A stretch of 64,000 nt of DNA from an uncultured Bacteroidales bacterium (lineage in GTDB: Bacteria > Bacteroidota > Bacteroidia > Bacteroidales > VadinHA17): assembly GCA_963730615.1 (NCBI GenBank), contig CAVSSR010000010.1:479-64478 (forward strand), in the 5' to 3' direction. Made by a program: the position numbers and the translations under genes. The notes beneath the pieces were generated by a model. The model ran no database searches and was not told where the DNA came from. It saw only the letters and a program-made list of their open reading frames with translations. Shown piece after piece: positions 43,503 to 52,958 of this stretch; the first letter of the stretch is position 1, and each line of letters opens with the position of its first letter.

Positions 43503-44514
43503 TCATTTCAAAACTTTTGACAAAATAAATTCGTATTCCTCGCCTGCAGCGTCCGGGGAAGGCCGTACATAGGGCGCCAGACGCAATGCCTGTTCATGAC
43601 TCATGACCTTTTGCCCGACCAGGTCTCCGAGTGTGACAGGGGTGTCCATGAGCGAACGGTACTTTGTGATCAGTCGCGCGGTCGATGATCCGATATAAGG
43701 ATGCCTCGCAAGCTCGCTGAATGAACAGCTGTCAAGCATCAGGGGCGCGACTGAATCGTATGTCAGCGTCAGCATCGGGCTGATGAGTACGACCAGCTGA
43801 CTGTCAAGACCATAAACCTCGTATAGCTGTTCAGTATCCACAAATCCGCCCAGCAGACCACGGTACTTTATAATTCTTTCTGACAGTACCGGACCAATTC
43901 CCGGTAACCTTATCAGGTCCGGAGCAGTGCATCTGTTAAGGTCTATCGGCATCACGGCCGCAACTGTAGTCCAGCCGGAAATGACCTCCCCGGCAACCTC
44001 GTCAGCCCCGTCAGCAACGTAAGCCTCTGCAGTCCCTGTCCGCAGGGGCCCCGCGACTGATTCGGACATTCTGCTCCGGCGAACCGGTCTTTCATTATCC
44101 TGCCCTTCGGCAATCTTAATCCATGGCATCAGCCGTGCTGATGTCACAGAATCGATTCCGTAAACCTTCTTCAGGTCCTGCGGTTTGCGGAACCGCGCGC
44201 CGCTGGAGCGATAGTTTATCAGTGTTTTAGCCTGTCGTTCTGACAGACCCAGACTCAGCAGATCGCTGAGTGTAAGCAGTGTTGGGGTCAAAGGTGAACA
44301 GTGCCGCTGAACTGCTTTCAGCCTCTGCGGCAGGCAGATCATCAGGCTCGCCTGATGCAATAAGCTCATAATTTAAGTGTTCCGTGTCCGGTCTGAGGGT
44401 GAATACTCTGACGAGCAGCAAAACGACGAGCAGCACGGCCAGCACGTAGGTGCCGCGCCTCTCTCTCCGGTCGAATCCAATCAATTCAGTAACAATCTTC
44501 CTGAAATGTTTCAC
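43503..44514 (-). CDS. ComEA-like helix-hairpin-helix protein; frame broken once near the GGGG run at 44294-44297
   Basis: ORF 44227..44514 has an N-terminal TM helix and ends ...FTFDPNT. ORF 43503..44369 has ...LSDLLSLGLSERQAKTLINYR and a second HhH, LIRLPGIGPVLSERIIKYR. The span of 1012 nt is 3n+1. Confidence 0.6.
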
Positions 44515-44670
44515 ATTATTACAGCACGAGACAATGCAATATAAGCAAAAATTAAATGTAAGGCAAGAGGCAATAGGCAGTAGTAGGTCTGAGGGTACTG
44601 AGGTCTGAAGGTCTGATTAGGTCACTGCGGACTTAAAGTCGAAAGCCGGTATTGCGTTTGACTATTTTTT

Positions 44671-44716
44671 TCAACCTATCAACTTATCAACTTATCAACC
44701 TTCAACTTATAAACTT
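44671..44716. repeat. Octamer microsatellite (TCAACTTA-like, about 5 units)
   Basis: tcaaccta tcaactta tcaactta tcaacc-t tcaactta, located in the spacer between two minus-strand genes. Confidence 0.8.
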
Positions 44717-44727
44717 GTCATCAGCCC

Positions 44728-47037
44728 CTAGAACGGATATCCGATGCCAATGACCAGTGTAACATCATCATTGATATTATATTCTCCTGTGAGGGGTCTC
44801 CATTTTGTTCCTGCGAGCGCCTGGGGGTCACGCAGCTTAAATCCGAAGTCAGCTCTGAGCAGCACAAATTTGATATCAAACCGCAGACCCAGTCCTGTCC
44901 CCACGGCTAAATCATTAACGAACGAGTTGAATTTGAACTGGCCTCCCGGCCTGCCCTCATCGTCCCTGAAAGTCCAGATGTTACCAATATCAAGGAAGGT
45001 GGCTCCTTCAAGTATCCAGAACAGCTTGAACCTGTACTCGACGTTGCCGATAAGCTTTATGTCTGCTGTCTGATTAATAAACGCATCTTCGGTAAGTACA
45101 TAGGAGCCCGGGCCGAGTGTTCTGACTACCCATGCCCTTATATCGTTTGCGCCTCCTCCGAAATATTGCTCTTCAAAGGGCATTGCCTTCCATGTATTGC
45201 CGTAAGGCCATCCCACACCGGCGAAAAACCTGTATACAATGTTGCTGGCTTCATTTAATTTATAATGGTAACTGGCGTCTATCTCCCCCTTGACGAACTG
45301 TGCAAACGGCTGACCCAGAAAATGATAAGTTCCATCCGTCGCCTTTTCAGCATCGGCAAGTTTATATGACAGGTTAAGCAGGTTGCCGGCGATATCAAAT
45401 CCGCACCGTATTATCCAGTAGTCCTTTGAATTCTGGATCATCTGGTTGTTGAAAATGAAGTCATACATGCCTCCAAGAACCATTACAGGACGAAATGAAT
45501 ATGCCAGATATGATGTAGTATCAACCATCGACTGGAATTCAGGATCAACGAACGGAAGTTTTACAACATCAAATGACAACGGGTTGAAGCTGTGCTTTGT
45601 CCAGTTGTTTCCTTTCCATGCATAGCCTGCGGTGACGTTTGCTATTGTGCGGGTGTACACAGGAACACTCTGCCGGTTATAGCCTGCCTGCAAAATTGTC
45701 TTCGGGTCACGGTTGCGGATGATACTCTCTTTGACATGAAACGGCACCAGCAACTTTGGAAGCCTGAGGCTGGTTTCAATGCCTGCCTCATAAGTATTTT
45801 TAAACTCTTCGATGTTTACCCTCTCATAAGCCCCTTTCAATTTCATGTTGAAAAGCTCAGCTCCACGGAAAAGGCTTTTGTTCTGGTATAAAAAGTTAAG
45901 CGCTCCTCCAAGGTTACCGCCCGTGCTTGTGCCTTCAAGCTCCACGGTGAACGACTGCCGCTGCATCGGAGTGAGCTGCACGATACAGTCGAGCAGGTTC
46001 TCATTGCGCTTTGCATCAGGTCCTCTCCCCGCATCCATGTAATTAACATTCACGAGCCTGTGGTTCTTCATGTCCGAAAGACGCGCCTGTGTCTGCTCGG
46101 ACTTGGTCAGGCTGAAAAGGGCTCCGGGGGAGACATATAACGACTGGTTGATGACCTCAGGTTTGATGAGGGTCCTGCCCGGCGGTGCGACATAATAGAT
46201 ACCTTTATAATATGATGTGTCAAATGTGCTTGTGTAGGCCTCTCCGTCAGTGAGTATCATTTTCGGATCAAACTCAGGGAACACGTAAACATCCCTGATA
46301 CGGTACATATTATGATTGGTGTACACAAGCCGGCCCTGGCTGTCGAGCGATGACTTCCGTGATACAACATAATCTACATTTACCTGTCGATTCATCAGGG
46401 AGCTGTCTACCCTGAAATAAATGTCCTCCGTTGAGAATGCATAGAACCCGACATCCCTGATAAACCTTTCCAGCCGCTGACGTTCCTTCTGCAGGAGGTC
46501 AACATCATAGATCATCCCACGCTCAATCGTACAGTTTATCGTGTCAAGGATCACAAGGCCGTAAAGCATGGAATCCTGTATCTCATACCTGATATCAGCT
46601 ATTGTATAAGGCCTCCCGGGAACCACATTGAAATTGACAATGGCCTCATTTTTTTCGGTCCTGACCGTATCACTTACCGATGCGTTGAAGAACCCTTTTG
46701 ACCAGAGGTACCTTTTTATCTGCTCTGCTGACCTGGTGGCTGATACAGGGTCAAAGACCACGGGCTCCTCACCTATTTTCCTGAGCCATCCGTGAGGCCA
46801 TTTTTCCTTTTCGATATCCGAAAGATTATACAGACCAAGGTGAAACCGGGTACCGAAGATTTTTTTATTGGGTTGCTGCTTTATATAAGGTTTCATTGCA
46901 GCTTTAGTCACTGTAGGCGGCAACGGTTCACCGGTCCCTTTGATAATCAGGTTATTCTTATTAAGGAGTACATCTCCGGAAGGAACATATTTTGTCGGGT
47001 TGCAGGAGGCTGCTGTTAAAATTATGATCAGCAGCAT
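44728..47037 (-). CDS. BamA/TamA (Omp85)-family outer-membrane protein
   Basis: C-terminal beta-barrel ending ...VIGIGYPF, with POTRA-like repeats. I use the ATG at 47037 (MLLIIILTAASC...). The longer ORF-track start would overlap the divergent trmH-like gene. Confidence 0.7.
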   Translation of the reverse strand: MLLIIILTAASCNPTKYVPSGDVLLNKNNLIIKGTGEPLPPTVTKAAMKPYIKQQPNKKIFGTRFHLGLYNLSDIEKEKWPHGWLRKIGEEPVVFDPVSATRSAEQIKRYLWSKGFFNASVSDTVRTEKNEAIVNFNVVPGRPYTIADIRYEIQDSMLYGLVILDTINCTIERGMIYDVDLLQKERQRLERFIRDVGFYAFSTEDIYFRVDSSLMNRQVNVDYVVSRKSSLDSQGRLVYTNHNMYRIRDVYVFPEFDPKMILTDGEAYTSTFDTSYYKGIYYVAPPGRTLIKPEVINQSLYVSPGALFSLTKSEQTQARLSDMKNHRLVNVNYMDAGRGPDAKRNENLLDCIVQLTPMQRQSFTVELEGTSTGGNLGGALNFLYQNKSLFRGAELFNMKLKGAYERVNIEEFKNTYEAGIETSLRLPKLLVPFHVKESIIRNRDPKTILQAGYNRQSVPVYTRTIANVTAGYAWKGNNWTKHSFNPLSFDVVKLPFVDPEFQSMVDTTSYLAYSFRPVMVLGGMYDFIFNNQMIQNSKDYWIIRCGFDIAGNLLNLSYKLADAEKATDGTYHFLGQPFAQFVKGEIDASYHYKLNEASNIVYRFFAGVGWPYGNTWKAMPFEEQYFGGGANDIRAWVVRTLGPGSYVLTEDAFINQTADIKLIGNVEYRFKLFWILEGATFLDIGNIWTFRDDEGRPGGQFKFNSFVNDLAVGTGLGLRFDIKFVLLRADFGFKLRDPQALAGTKWRPLTGEYNINDDVTLVIGIGYPF

Positions 47038-47148
47038 ACACAGTTTCGGAACAGTAATTTTTATATTTGTTCTCTGATGGGTCAATTTTCCGGATAGAAT
47101 AATGATAGCAAATATATCATTATATACTCTAATTTCAATCACTGAGGA

Positions 47149-47931
47149 ATGCACAGGCTGATTACAAGGAACCAGGCAAAAATGATACTCTCGCTGCAAA
47201 AAAGGAAGGTAAGGGAGGAGGATTCACTGTTTGTCATTGAGGGCGACAAGCTGGTGAGGGAGTACATCATGGCAGGCAACAGGGTGTCACTTCTTGCCGG
47301 CAAGCCGGAATGGATCGAAGGTGAGCCGGAAAAGGTGATCGCAGGTGCAGACGAGGTTGTCACGGTTGGTTATGACGATCTGAGAAGCATCAGTTCACTG
47401 AAAACGCCTCACAATGTTCTGGCTGTGGCATCAATGAAAAAAAAGGCCTTCTCGGATGAGATACTCAACGGAACGCTCACCCTGGTACTGGAATATGTCC
47501 AGGATCCGGGTAATCTTGGAACAATAGTCCGTATCGCTGCCTGGTTCGGCATAAGGAACATAATATGCTCACCTGACTGTGTCGACTTTTATAATCCCAA
47601 AGTGATACAGGCATCTATGGGTGCGTTCATTCACACGGTGGTTTATTATCAGCCGCTCGAGCCCATCCTGGGTAAGGCGCAGGCTCACATGATTAATGTC
47701 TTCGGCGCTACTATGGACGGAAGGTCAATTTATGAAAGTCCTCTGGGCAGGGAAGGTTTAATACTCCTGGGGAATGAATCAAAAGGTATCTCTGACAGGT
47801 TGCTTGGTTATGTTACGGAACGTATCACAATCCCCGGTCCCGAAAAACCGCTGGCGGGTATAGAATCGCTTAATGTCAGCATGGCAGCAGCGATAATCTG
47901 TTCAGAGTTTGCAAGAAGAAAAAAGGCCTGA
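47149..47931 (+). CDS. TrmH/SpoU-family RNA 2'-O-methyltransferase
   Basis: SpoU motifs: QDPGNLGTIVRIAAWFG, LLGNESKGIS, ESLNVSMAAAI. Confidence 0.8.
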   Translation: MHRLITRNQAKMILSLQKRKVREEDSLFVIEGDKLVREYIMAGNRVSLLAGKPEWIEGEPEKVIAGADEVVTVGYDDLRSISSLKTPHNVLAVASMKKKAFSDEILNGTLTLVLEYVQDPGNLGTIVRIAAWFGIRNIICSPDCVDFYNPKVIQASMGAFIHTVVYYQPLEPILGKAQAHMINVFGATMDGRSIYESPLGREGLILLGNESKGISDRLLGYVTERITIPGPEKPLAGIESLNVSMAAAIICSEFARRKKA

Positions 47932-47944
47932 GGATTTCGAGCGG

Positions 47945-48033
47945 TTTGCGATTTGCGATTTTAGGGATTTCGCGAATTGCGATTTGCGATTTGCGATTTT
48001 AGGGATTTCGCGAATTGCGATTTGCGATTTGCG
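47945..48033. repeat. Tandem 38-mer (2.3 copies) built from GCGATTT heptamers
   Basis: tttgcgatttgcgattttagggatttcgcgaattgcga occurs at 47945-47982 and again identically at 47983-48020. A partial copy follows, up to 48033. Confidence 0.9.
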
Positions 48034-48092
48034 GAGAGTTGCAGAGTGGCGAGGTGGCGATTTAAAGATTTATGAATTGGTTGATCCTGCAA

Positions 48093-48120
48093 TTCTTAAT
48101 TCTTAATTCTTAATTCTTAA
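48093..48120. repeat. Heptamer microsatellite (TTCTTAA)x4
   Basis: Four perfect units ending 9 nt before the stop codon (48130-48132) of the minus-strand FAD gene. The same word recurs at 52068-52092. Confidence 0.9.
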
Positions 48121-48129
48121 TTACCTCAA

Positions 48130-49671
48130 TTACAAGTACTTCTCCGCTATCTTCCCGGCCACTACCATCCCGTCAACAGCCGATGATACTATTCCTCCTG
48201 CATAGCCTGAACCTTCGCCGGCAGGATACAGTCCTGTAATATTTACCGCATTCAGTTTTTCGGGATCACGTGTTATCCGGACAGGTGACGAAGTACGTGA
48301 TTCCACTGCGGCCACAAGCGCTTCGTTCGTGAGAAAACCCCTCATTTTCCTACCGAATTCCCTGAATCCTTCCCGCAGACGCAACGATATTTCTTCAGGC
48401 AGCCATTCATGCAGTGATGACGGCGTCAGTCCCGGGAAGTATGATCCCTTCGGCAGCGATGATGACGGTCTTCCCTCAACAAAATCAACCAGTCTCTGTG
48501 CAGGTGCACACTGCGTCATTCCTCCCTCCTTCCATGCGTTCTTTTCAAGAAGAGACTGGTAAGCCAATCCTGCCAGCGGACCTTCGCCGTATTGCCTGAC
48601 ATCCTCCTCCCTCAGCTCAGTAACAATGCCGCTGTTGGCCCACGCGGAGTTTCGGTGCGAGGGTGACATGCCGTTCACAACAACCTCCCCGGGAGCTGTG
48701 GCCGAAGGAACCATGAAACCGCCGGGGCACATGCAGAATGAATAGACACCGCGTCCGGATACCTGGGTGACAAGGTAATATGCTGCTGCAGGAAGGTATT
48801 TTCCTCTTGCCTTACCGTGATACTGGATATTGTCAATGAGCTCCTGCGGATGCTCGACCCTCACCCCGGCGGCAAAGGGTTTGTATTCCAGGCTCACATT
48901 GTTTTCTGAGAGCAGGTAATAGATATCGCGTGCCGAATGACCGGTGGCAAGGATAAGGTCACCAGCCTTTATGGCTTCGTTACCGTTGACTGTCACTCCC
49001 CGGAAATTGCCACCTTCAATGGTTATGCCTGTGATGCGGTTGCCGAACAGGACTATCCCGCCGGCCTCAATGATGCTTTTTCGTACCGCTGTGATTATTC
49101 CCGGGAGCCTGTCGGTGCCTAGATGCGGATGGGCTTCATAAAGAATTGCAGGGTCAGCCCCGTGAAGGACAAGCAGTTCAAGTACCCTCCTGTTGTCACC
49201 CCTCTTTTTTGATCTTGTATAGAGCTTGCCGTCAGAGAAGGTGCCAGCACCTCCTTCGCCAAAGCAGTAGTTTGAATCAGGTTCGACTATATGTTTTGTG
49301 CTGATGGCCGCCACATCGCGCTTACGCACGCTCACCTCCTTCCCCCGCTCAATAATCACAGGCCTCAGTCCTGCCTCTATCAACTGCAGAGCAGCGAAAA
49401 GACCCGCGGGACCGCATCCGGCGATAAGCACCTCACGGGCCCTGCTGACATCTTTGAGTTTTAAGGGAGCAATCTCCTCCACGGTTATACCGGGGTCAAT
49501 AAGCTGTACTGTCACGTTGACCTTTATCGGTGGCCTGCGGGCATCGACTGAGCGTCTGACAATGCGAATGCCAAAGTCTTTTTTGCCGGTCTTCCTGATC
49601 AGATAAGTACGCAGTGCAGCCTCATCAAAAGCTGTCTCGGGTGGCAGTACAAGACTGAGTTCTTCAGCCAT
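48130..49671 (-). CDS. FAD-dependent oxidoreductase (COG2509-like)
   Basis: 513 aa with the dinucleotide-binding motif VLIAGCGPAGLFAAL. Confidence 0.7.
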   Translation of the reverse strand: MAEELSLVLPPETAFDEAALRTYLIRKTGKKDFGIRIVRRSVDARRPPIKVNVTVQLIDPGITVEEIAPLKLKDVSRAREVLIAGCGPAGLFAALQLIEAGLRPVIIERGKEVSVRKRDVAAISTKHIVEPDSNYCFGEGGAGTFSDGKLYTRSKKRGDNRRVLELLVLHGADPAILYEAHPHLGTDRLPGIITAVRKSIIEAGGIVLFGNRITGITIEGGNFRGVTVNGNEAIKAGDLILATGHSARDIYYLLSENNVSLEYKPFAAGVRVEHPQELIDNIQYHGKARGKYLPAAAYYLVTQVSGRGVYSFCMCPGGFMVPSATAPGEVVVNGMSPSHRNSAWANSGIVTELREEDVRQYGEGPLAGLAYQSLLEKNAWKEGGMTQCAPAQRLVDFVEGRPSSSLPKGSYFPGLTPSSLHEWLPEEISLRLREGFREFGRKMRGFLTNEALVAAVESRTSSPVRITRDPEKLNAVNITGLYPAGEGSGYAGGIVSSAVDGMVVAGKIAEKYL

Positions 49672-49674
49672 GGT

Positions 49675-50379
49675 TTATTCGAAGTGGAAGGAAAGAACCC
49701 ACATCTGAGACTTCAGGGATTCAATGGAGTTGACATATTCAGGGTGATATGGATGTGGTTCATCATGCACCAGTACGTCACGCAGTCCGTTTGACATCTT
49801 CGCCTCAATGGTGAGCTTGAAATACGGGAGATAAAAATCGATGCCTGCCCCTACCTCATAGTACAAGTCAGCTTTCCGGAGCCTGATATAGACATCACTT
49901 TCTTCATCATACTCCTTCTTGGCGGCAAGGTCATATCTGAAGTTAACTCCTCCTATTAGGTAGGGTCTTGAATTATTCAGTCTCATACCCTTGGCCTTGA
50001 TCAGTAACGGAAACTCAAGAAAGGAGGATTCGAGCTGTTGTTTATCATTGACAAGAACCCCGTCCTCATCATAGAAGTTCAGGTTACGCTGTCCGAAAGA
50101 GACACCAGGGAGGAACCTGAAATCAAGATAGGTGGTAGGACGGTAATCCGTCACTATCTGAATGTTTAAGCCCGGTTTCAGTGAAACCACCTCCGCGGTC
50201 CAGTTGTTGGTGTCACTGGGATTCATCTTTACATTGAAATCCATAGTGTTGAGGCCCATGCTGAAGCCGAAGTGCAGCAGCCGCTCATCGTAATTAGAAT
50301 CATTCTTGGGCTTTGCTTTCTGTGCCGTAGCCACAACCGGGATCAGCATGATCAGCAATATGAGGATTCTCTTATACAC
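49675..50379 (-). CDS. porT: PorT-family outer-membrane beta-barrel protein
   Basis: 234 aa with a signal peptide (...VVATAQ) and a beta-strand pattern ending ...MWVLSFHFE. It lies directly downstream of ubiE, an arrangement I recall as common in Bacteroidota. Confidence 0.6.
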   Translation of the reverse strand: MYKRILILLIMLIPVVATAQKAKPKNDSNYDERLLHFGFSMGLNTMDFNVKMNPSDTNNWTAEVVSLKPGLNIQIVTDYRPTTYLDFRFLPGVSFGQRNLNFYDEDGVLVNDKQQLESSFLEFPLLIKAKGMRLNNSRPYLIGGVNFRYDLAAKKEYDEESDVYIRLRKADLYYEVGAGIDFYLPYFKLTIEAKMSNGLRDVLVHDEPHPYHPEYVNSIESLKSQMWVLSFHFE

Positions 50380-50438
50380 CAGGATAAAGGTCTAATAGAT
50401 ATAACGAAAAAACCGGGAATTATTGTATTCAGGAATAT

Positions 50439-51170
50439 TCAATGCCTGAAACCGTAGTAGATACTCGCGATGCCGCCTGTCATTTTTTTCTGTGAGGTAT
50501 TGATGAACCCTGCCTTTTGCAGCAGCTCAAGAAAGTCTTCGTTATCGGGAAAGGACATCACTGAATCGGGAAGGTAATTGTAGGCGCCGGGGTCACCTGA
50601 AACTTTCCTGCCTATCCAGGGAAGTATCCTTGTGAAATAAAACCCGTAAAACTGCTTCATTGGAAACCTCGCCGGCCTGGAAAATTCAAGGACCATAATC
50701 ATACCGCCGGGCCGGAGCACCCTGTACATCTCTTTCAATCCGGCCGATGTATCCTCGAAATTGCGAACCCCAAAGGCTGACATCACAGCGTCAAAGGTCC
50801 CGTCAGGATACATAATATGTTCAGAATCACCCTTTAGCAGTTCTATCTTCCCGGAATGGCCGAGCTGTGCGATTTTTTCACGCCCCAGTGCCAGCATCTT
50901 TTCACTGATGTCAATGCCGGTTATCTTCTCCGGGTCAAGCCTCAGTGCAGCCACGGCGAGGTCGCCCGTTCCGGTGGCAACATCAAGGATATGTACCGGT
51001 CGTATATGACTTCCTATGAGGTCAATGGCACGCCTTCTCCATCGCCTGTCTGTGCCGAAGGAAAGGATAAGGTTGAGCCTGTCGTAGCTTCCGGAGATCG
51101 AATTGAACATTGTTTCGACACTTTCCTTCGGCGCTCTTCCCTTGTGATTTATGTCATGCATCATTTTCAT
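50439..51170 (-). CDS. ubiE: Demethylmenaquinone / ubiquinone C-methyltransferase (UbiE/MenG)
   Basis: MFNSISGSYDRLN..., SAM motif ILDVATGTGDLA, FGVRNFED. The start is ambiguous among ATGs between 51161 and 51194. Confidence 0.85.
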   Translation of the reverse strand: MKMMHDINHKGRAPKESVETMFNSISGSYDRLNLILSFGTDRRWRRRAIDLIGSHIRPVHILDVATGTGDLAVAALRLDPEKITGIDISEKMLALGREKIAQLGHSGKIELLKGDSEHIMYPDGTFDAVMSAFGVRNFEDTSAGLKEMYRVLRPGGMIMVLEFSRPARFPMKQFYGFYFTRILPWIGRKVSGDPGAYNYLPDSVMSFPDNEDFLELLQKAGFINTSQKKMTGGIASIYYGFRH

Positions 51171-51231
51171 TTTGACCGCCAAAGATACCCACATTATTCA
51201 TTAAATTTACCTCTCTGTAAAATCACACAAA

Positions 51232-51990
51232 ATGAGAAAGACAGTTCTTATTACAGGTGCAACGTCAGGTATAGGGGAAGCCACTGCGATAAAGTTTGCC
51301 GAGGCAACGTACCGGCTGATAATAACAGGCCGAAGGAAAGACCGGCTCAATGATCTCACCGAACATCTTGTACAGGAATACGGGACTGACGTCCTGCCGC
51401 TCTGCTTTGACGTGCGCGACAACAGGCAGGTAGAAAAACACCTCGGTAACCTTCCCGAGGAATGGCAGAAGGTTGACATCCTTGTCAACAATGCGGGACT
51501 GGCTGCAGGACTGGGCCATATTGACGAGGGAGACAGGGATGACTGGGACCGGATGATAGATACCAATGTCAAGGGGCTTCTTTACGTGACCCGTACAATA
51601 GTGCCCGGGATGGTGAGCAGGCAGTCAGGTCATATAATCAATATTTCCTCTATTGCCGGCAAGGAGGTCTATGAGAACGGAGGTGTCTATTGCGCATCAA
51701 AGCATGCTGTGGACGCACTATCGAAATGTATGAGGATAGACCTGCTGAAGCATGGCATCAAGGTGACCAATATTGCGCCCGGGATGGTGGAGACCGAGTT
51801 CTCCCTTGTAAGATTCAGGGGTGACAAGGACAAAGCCGGTGCTGTTTATAAGGGTATCCAGCCCCTTAAGGGGGAAGATGTGGCTGAGGTGATTTTTTAC
51901 TGTGCTTCGCTGCCGGCACATGTCTGCATCAATGACCTCGTCATTACACCAACGGCACAGGCAGGTGTAAACCACAGTGTAAGGAAATAA
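51232..51990 (+). CDS. SDR-family NAD(P)-dependent oxidoreductase (YdfG-like)
   Basis: TGATSGIGEA cofactor motif, NNAG, catalytic YCASK. Confidence 0.9.
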   Translation: MRKTVLITGATSGIGEATAIKFAEATYRLIITGRRKDRLNDLTEHLVQEYGTDVLPLCFDVRDNRQVEKHLGNLPEEWQKVDILVNNAGLAAGLGHIDEGDRDDWDRMIDTNVKGLLYVTRTIVPGMVSRQSGHIINISSIAGKEVYENGGVYCASKHAVDALSKCMRIDLLKHGIKVTNIAPGMVETEFSLVRFRGDKDKAGAVYKGIQPLKGEDVAEVIFYCASLPAHVCINDLVITPTAQAGVNHSVRK

Positions 51991-52067
51991 GTCAAAGATT
52001 GAAAAGTTAAAGTCTAAGAGTTTGAAAGTCAAAATACTAAAGTCCTAAGGCTCAATAAATTGCATAA

Positions 52068-52092
52068 CTCTTAATTCTTAATTCTTAATTCC
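52068..52092. repeat. Heptamer microsatellite (CTCTTAA TTCTTAA TTCTTAA TTCC)
   Basis: Same TTCTTAA word as at 48093-48120. It ends 12 nt before the stop codon (52105-52107) of a minus-strand gene. Confidence 0.85.
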
Positions 52093-52104
52093 TTTCTCCC
52101 GGCC

Positions 52105-52863
52105 CTATGCCAGGAATCCCTGCCTCCTGAGCACCTCCAGGTACTTCCCTGAGAAGTACTCATTGTCAGCTTTTTTATAGCGGACTTCGGTAAAGACCTG
52201 GGCGAGGGTCTCTTTGCTGTTCTCTGCTACAAACCCCATGTTGTCCTGCCGCGCTTCCTTCGCCCTGTAGATATCATCTATCATATCAGGCGTATAATCC
52301 CTGTACCTCTCCCTGTGCACGACAGCCTCCAGCGGCAGCCGGTCAACCTGATCCGGTGTCTCCGCAGGCCAGCCCATAGTCACTGTTGCGACAGGCACGA
52401 CTCCTGCGGGCAGCTCAAGCACGTCGATGATCATGTCGGCATTATATGTTGCCGTACCAAGATAACATATCCCCAATCCCTCCTCCTCGGCTGCATTGCA
52501 CACGGTCTGGGCTACCAGCAGGGCATCAACGGCAGCGGTCATGAACGAGAGGAAATTGCCATATCCGGGCTCAGTCCCGCGCTGCCGGCACCAAATGTTA
52601 AACCTGTTGAAGTCCGCACAGAAGGTGAGCACCACCGGGGCGGCAGTCACCATCGGCTGGTTGAAATGGGCCGGGGCCAGACGCTCTTTCATCGCGTTAT
52701 CGCGGGTTACTATAATGCTGTAAACCTGCATGTTGCCAGTGGTTGAAGCCCTGGTGCCTGCCGTCAGTATTTTTTCAAGAAGTCCGTTTTCGATATCCCT
52801 CTCTTCGTACTTCCTTATGGTTCTGCGGGTAAAGTATGTACTGTTCATCCCTGATCGTTTCAA
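52105..52863 (-). CDS. Nitroreductase-family NAD(P)H-flavin oxidoreductase
   Basis: RRTIRKYEERDI...AGTRASTTGNMQ is a typical nitroreductase N-terminus. The start may be the ATG at 52848. Confidence 0.8.
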   Translation of the reverse strand: MKRSGMNSTYFTRRTIRKYEERDIENGLLEKILTAGTRASTTGNMQVYSIIVTRDNAMKERLAPAHFNQPMVTAAPVVLTFCADFNRFNIWCRQRGTEPGYGNFLSFMTAAVDALLVAQTVCNAAEEEGLGICYLGTATYNADMIIDVLELPAGVVPVATVTMGWPAETPDQVDRLPLEAVVHRERYRDYTPDMIDDIYRAKEARQDNMGFVAENSKETLAQVFTEVRYKKADNEYFSGKYLEVLRRQGFLA

Positions 52864-52958
52864 TGTGCAGCAAAATAATTAAATAACGTTAAAAAATCAG
52901 CTGACAAACATCCTTTTCTTAACTTAGCTTTCCGTTAATTAAATCTAAGCGCCATAAC

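Noticed and set aside
47945-48033. GCGATTT-based repeats as a possible CRISPR array
   Set aside because: The units are directly tandem with no unique spacers. They are only 38 nt long with 2.3 copies, and no cas genes are nearby.
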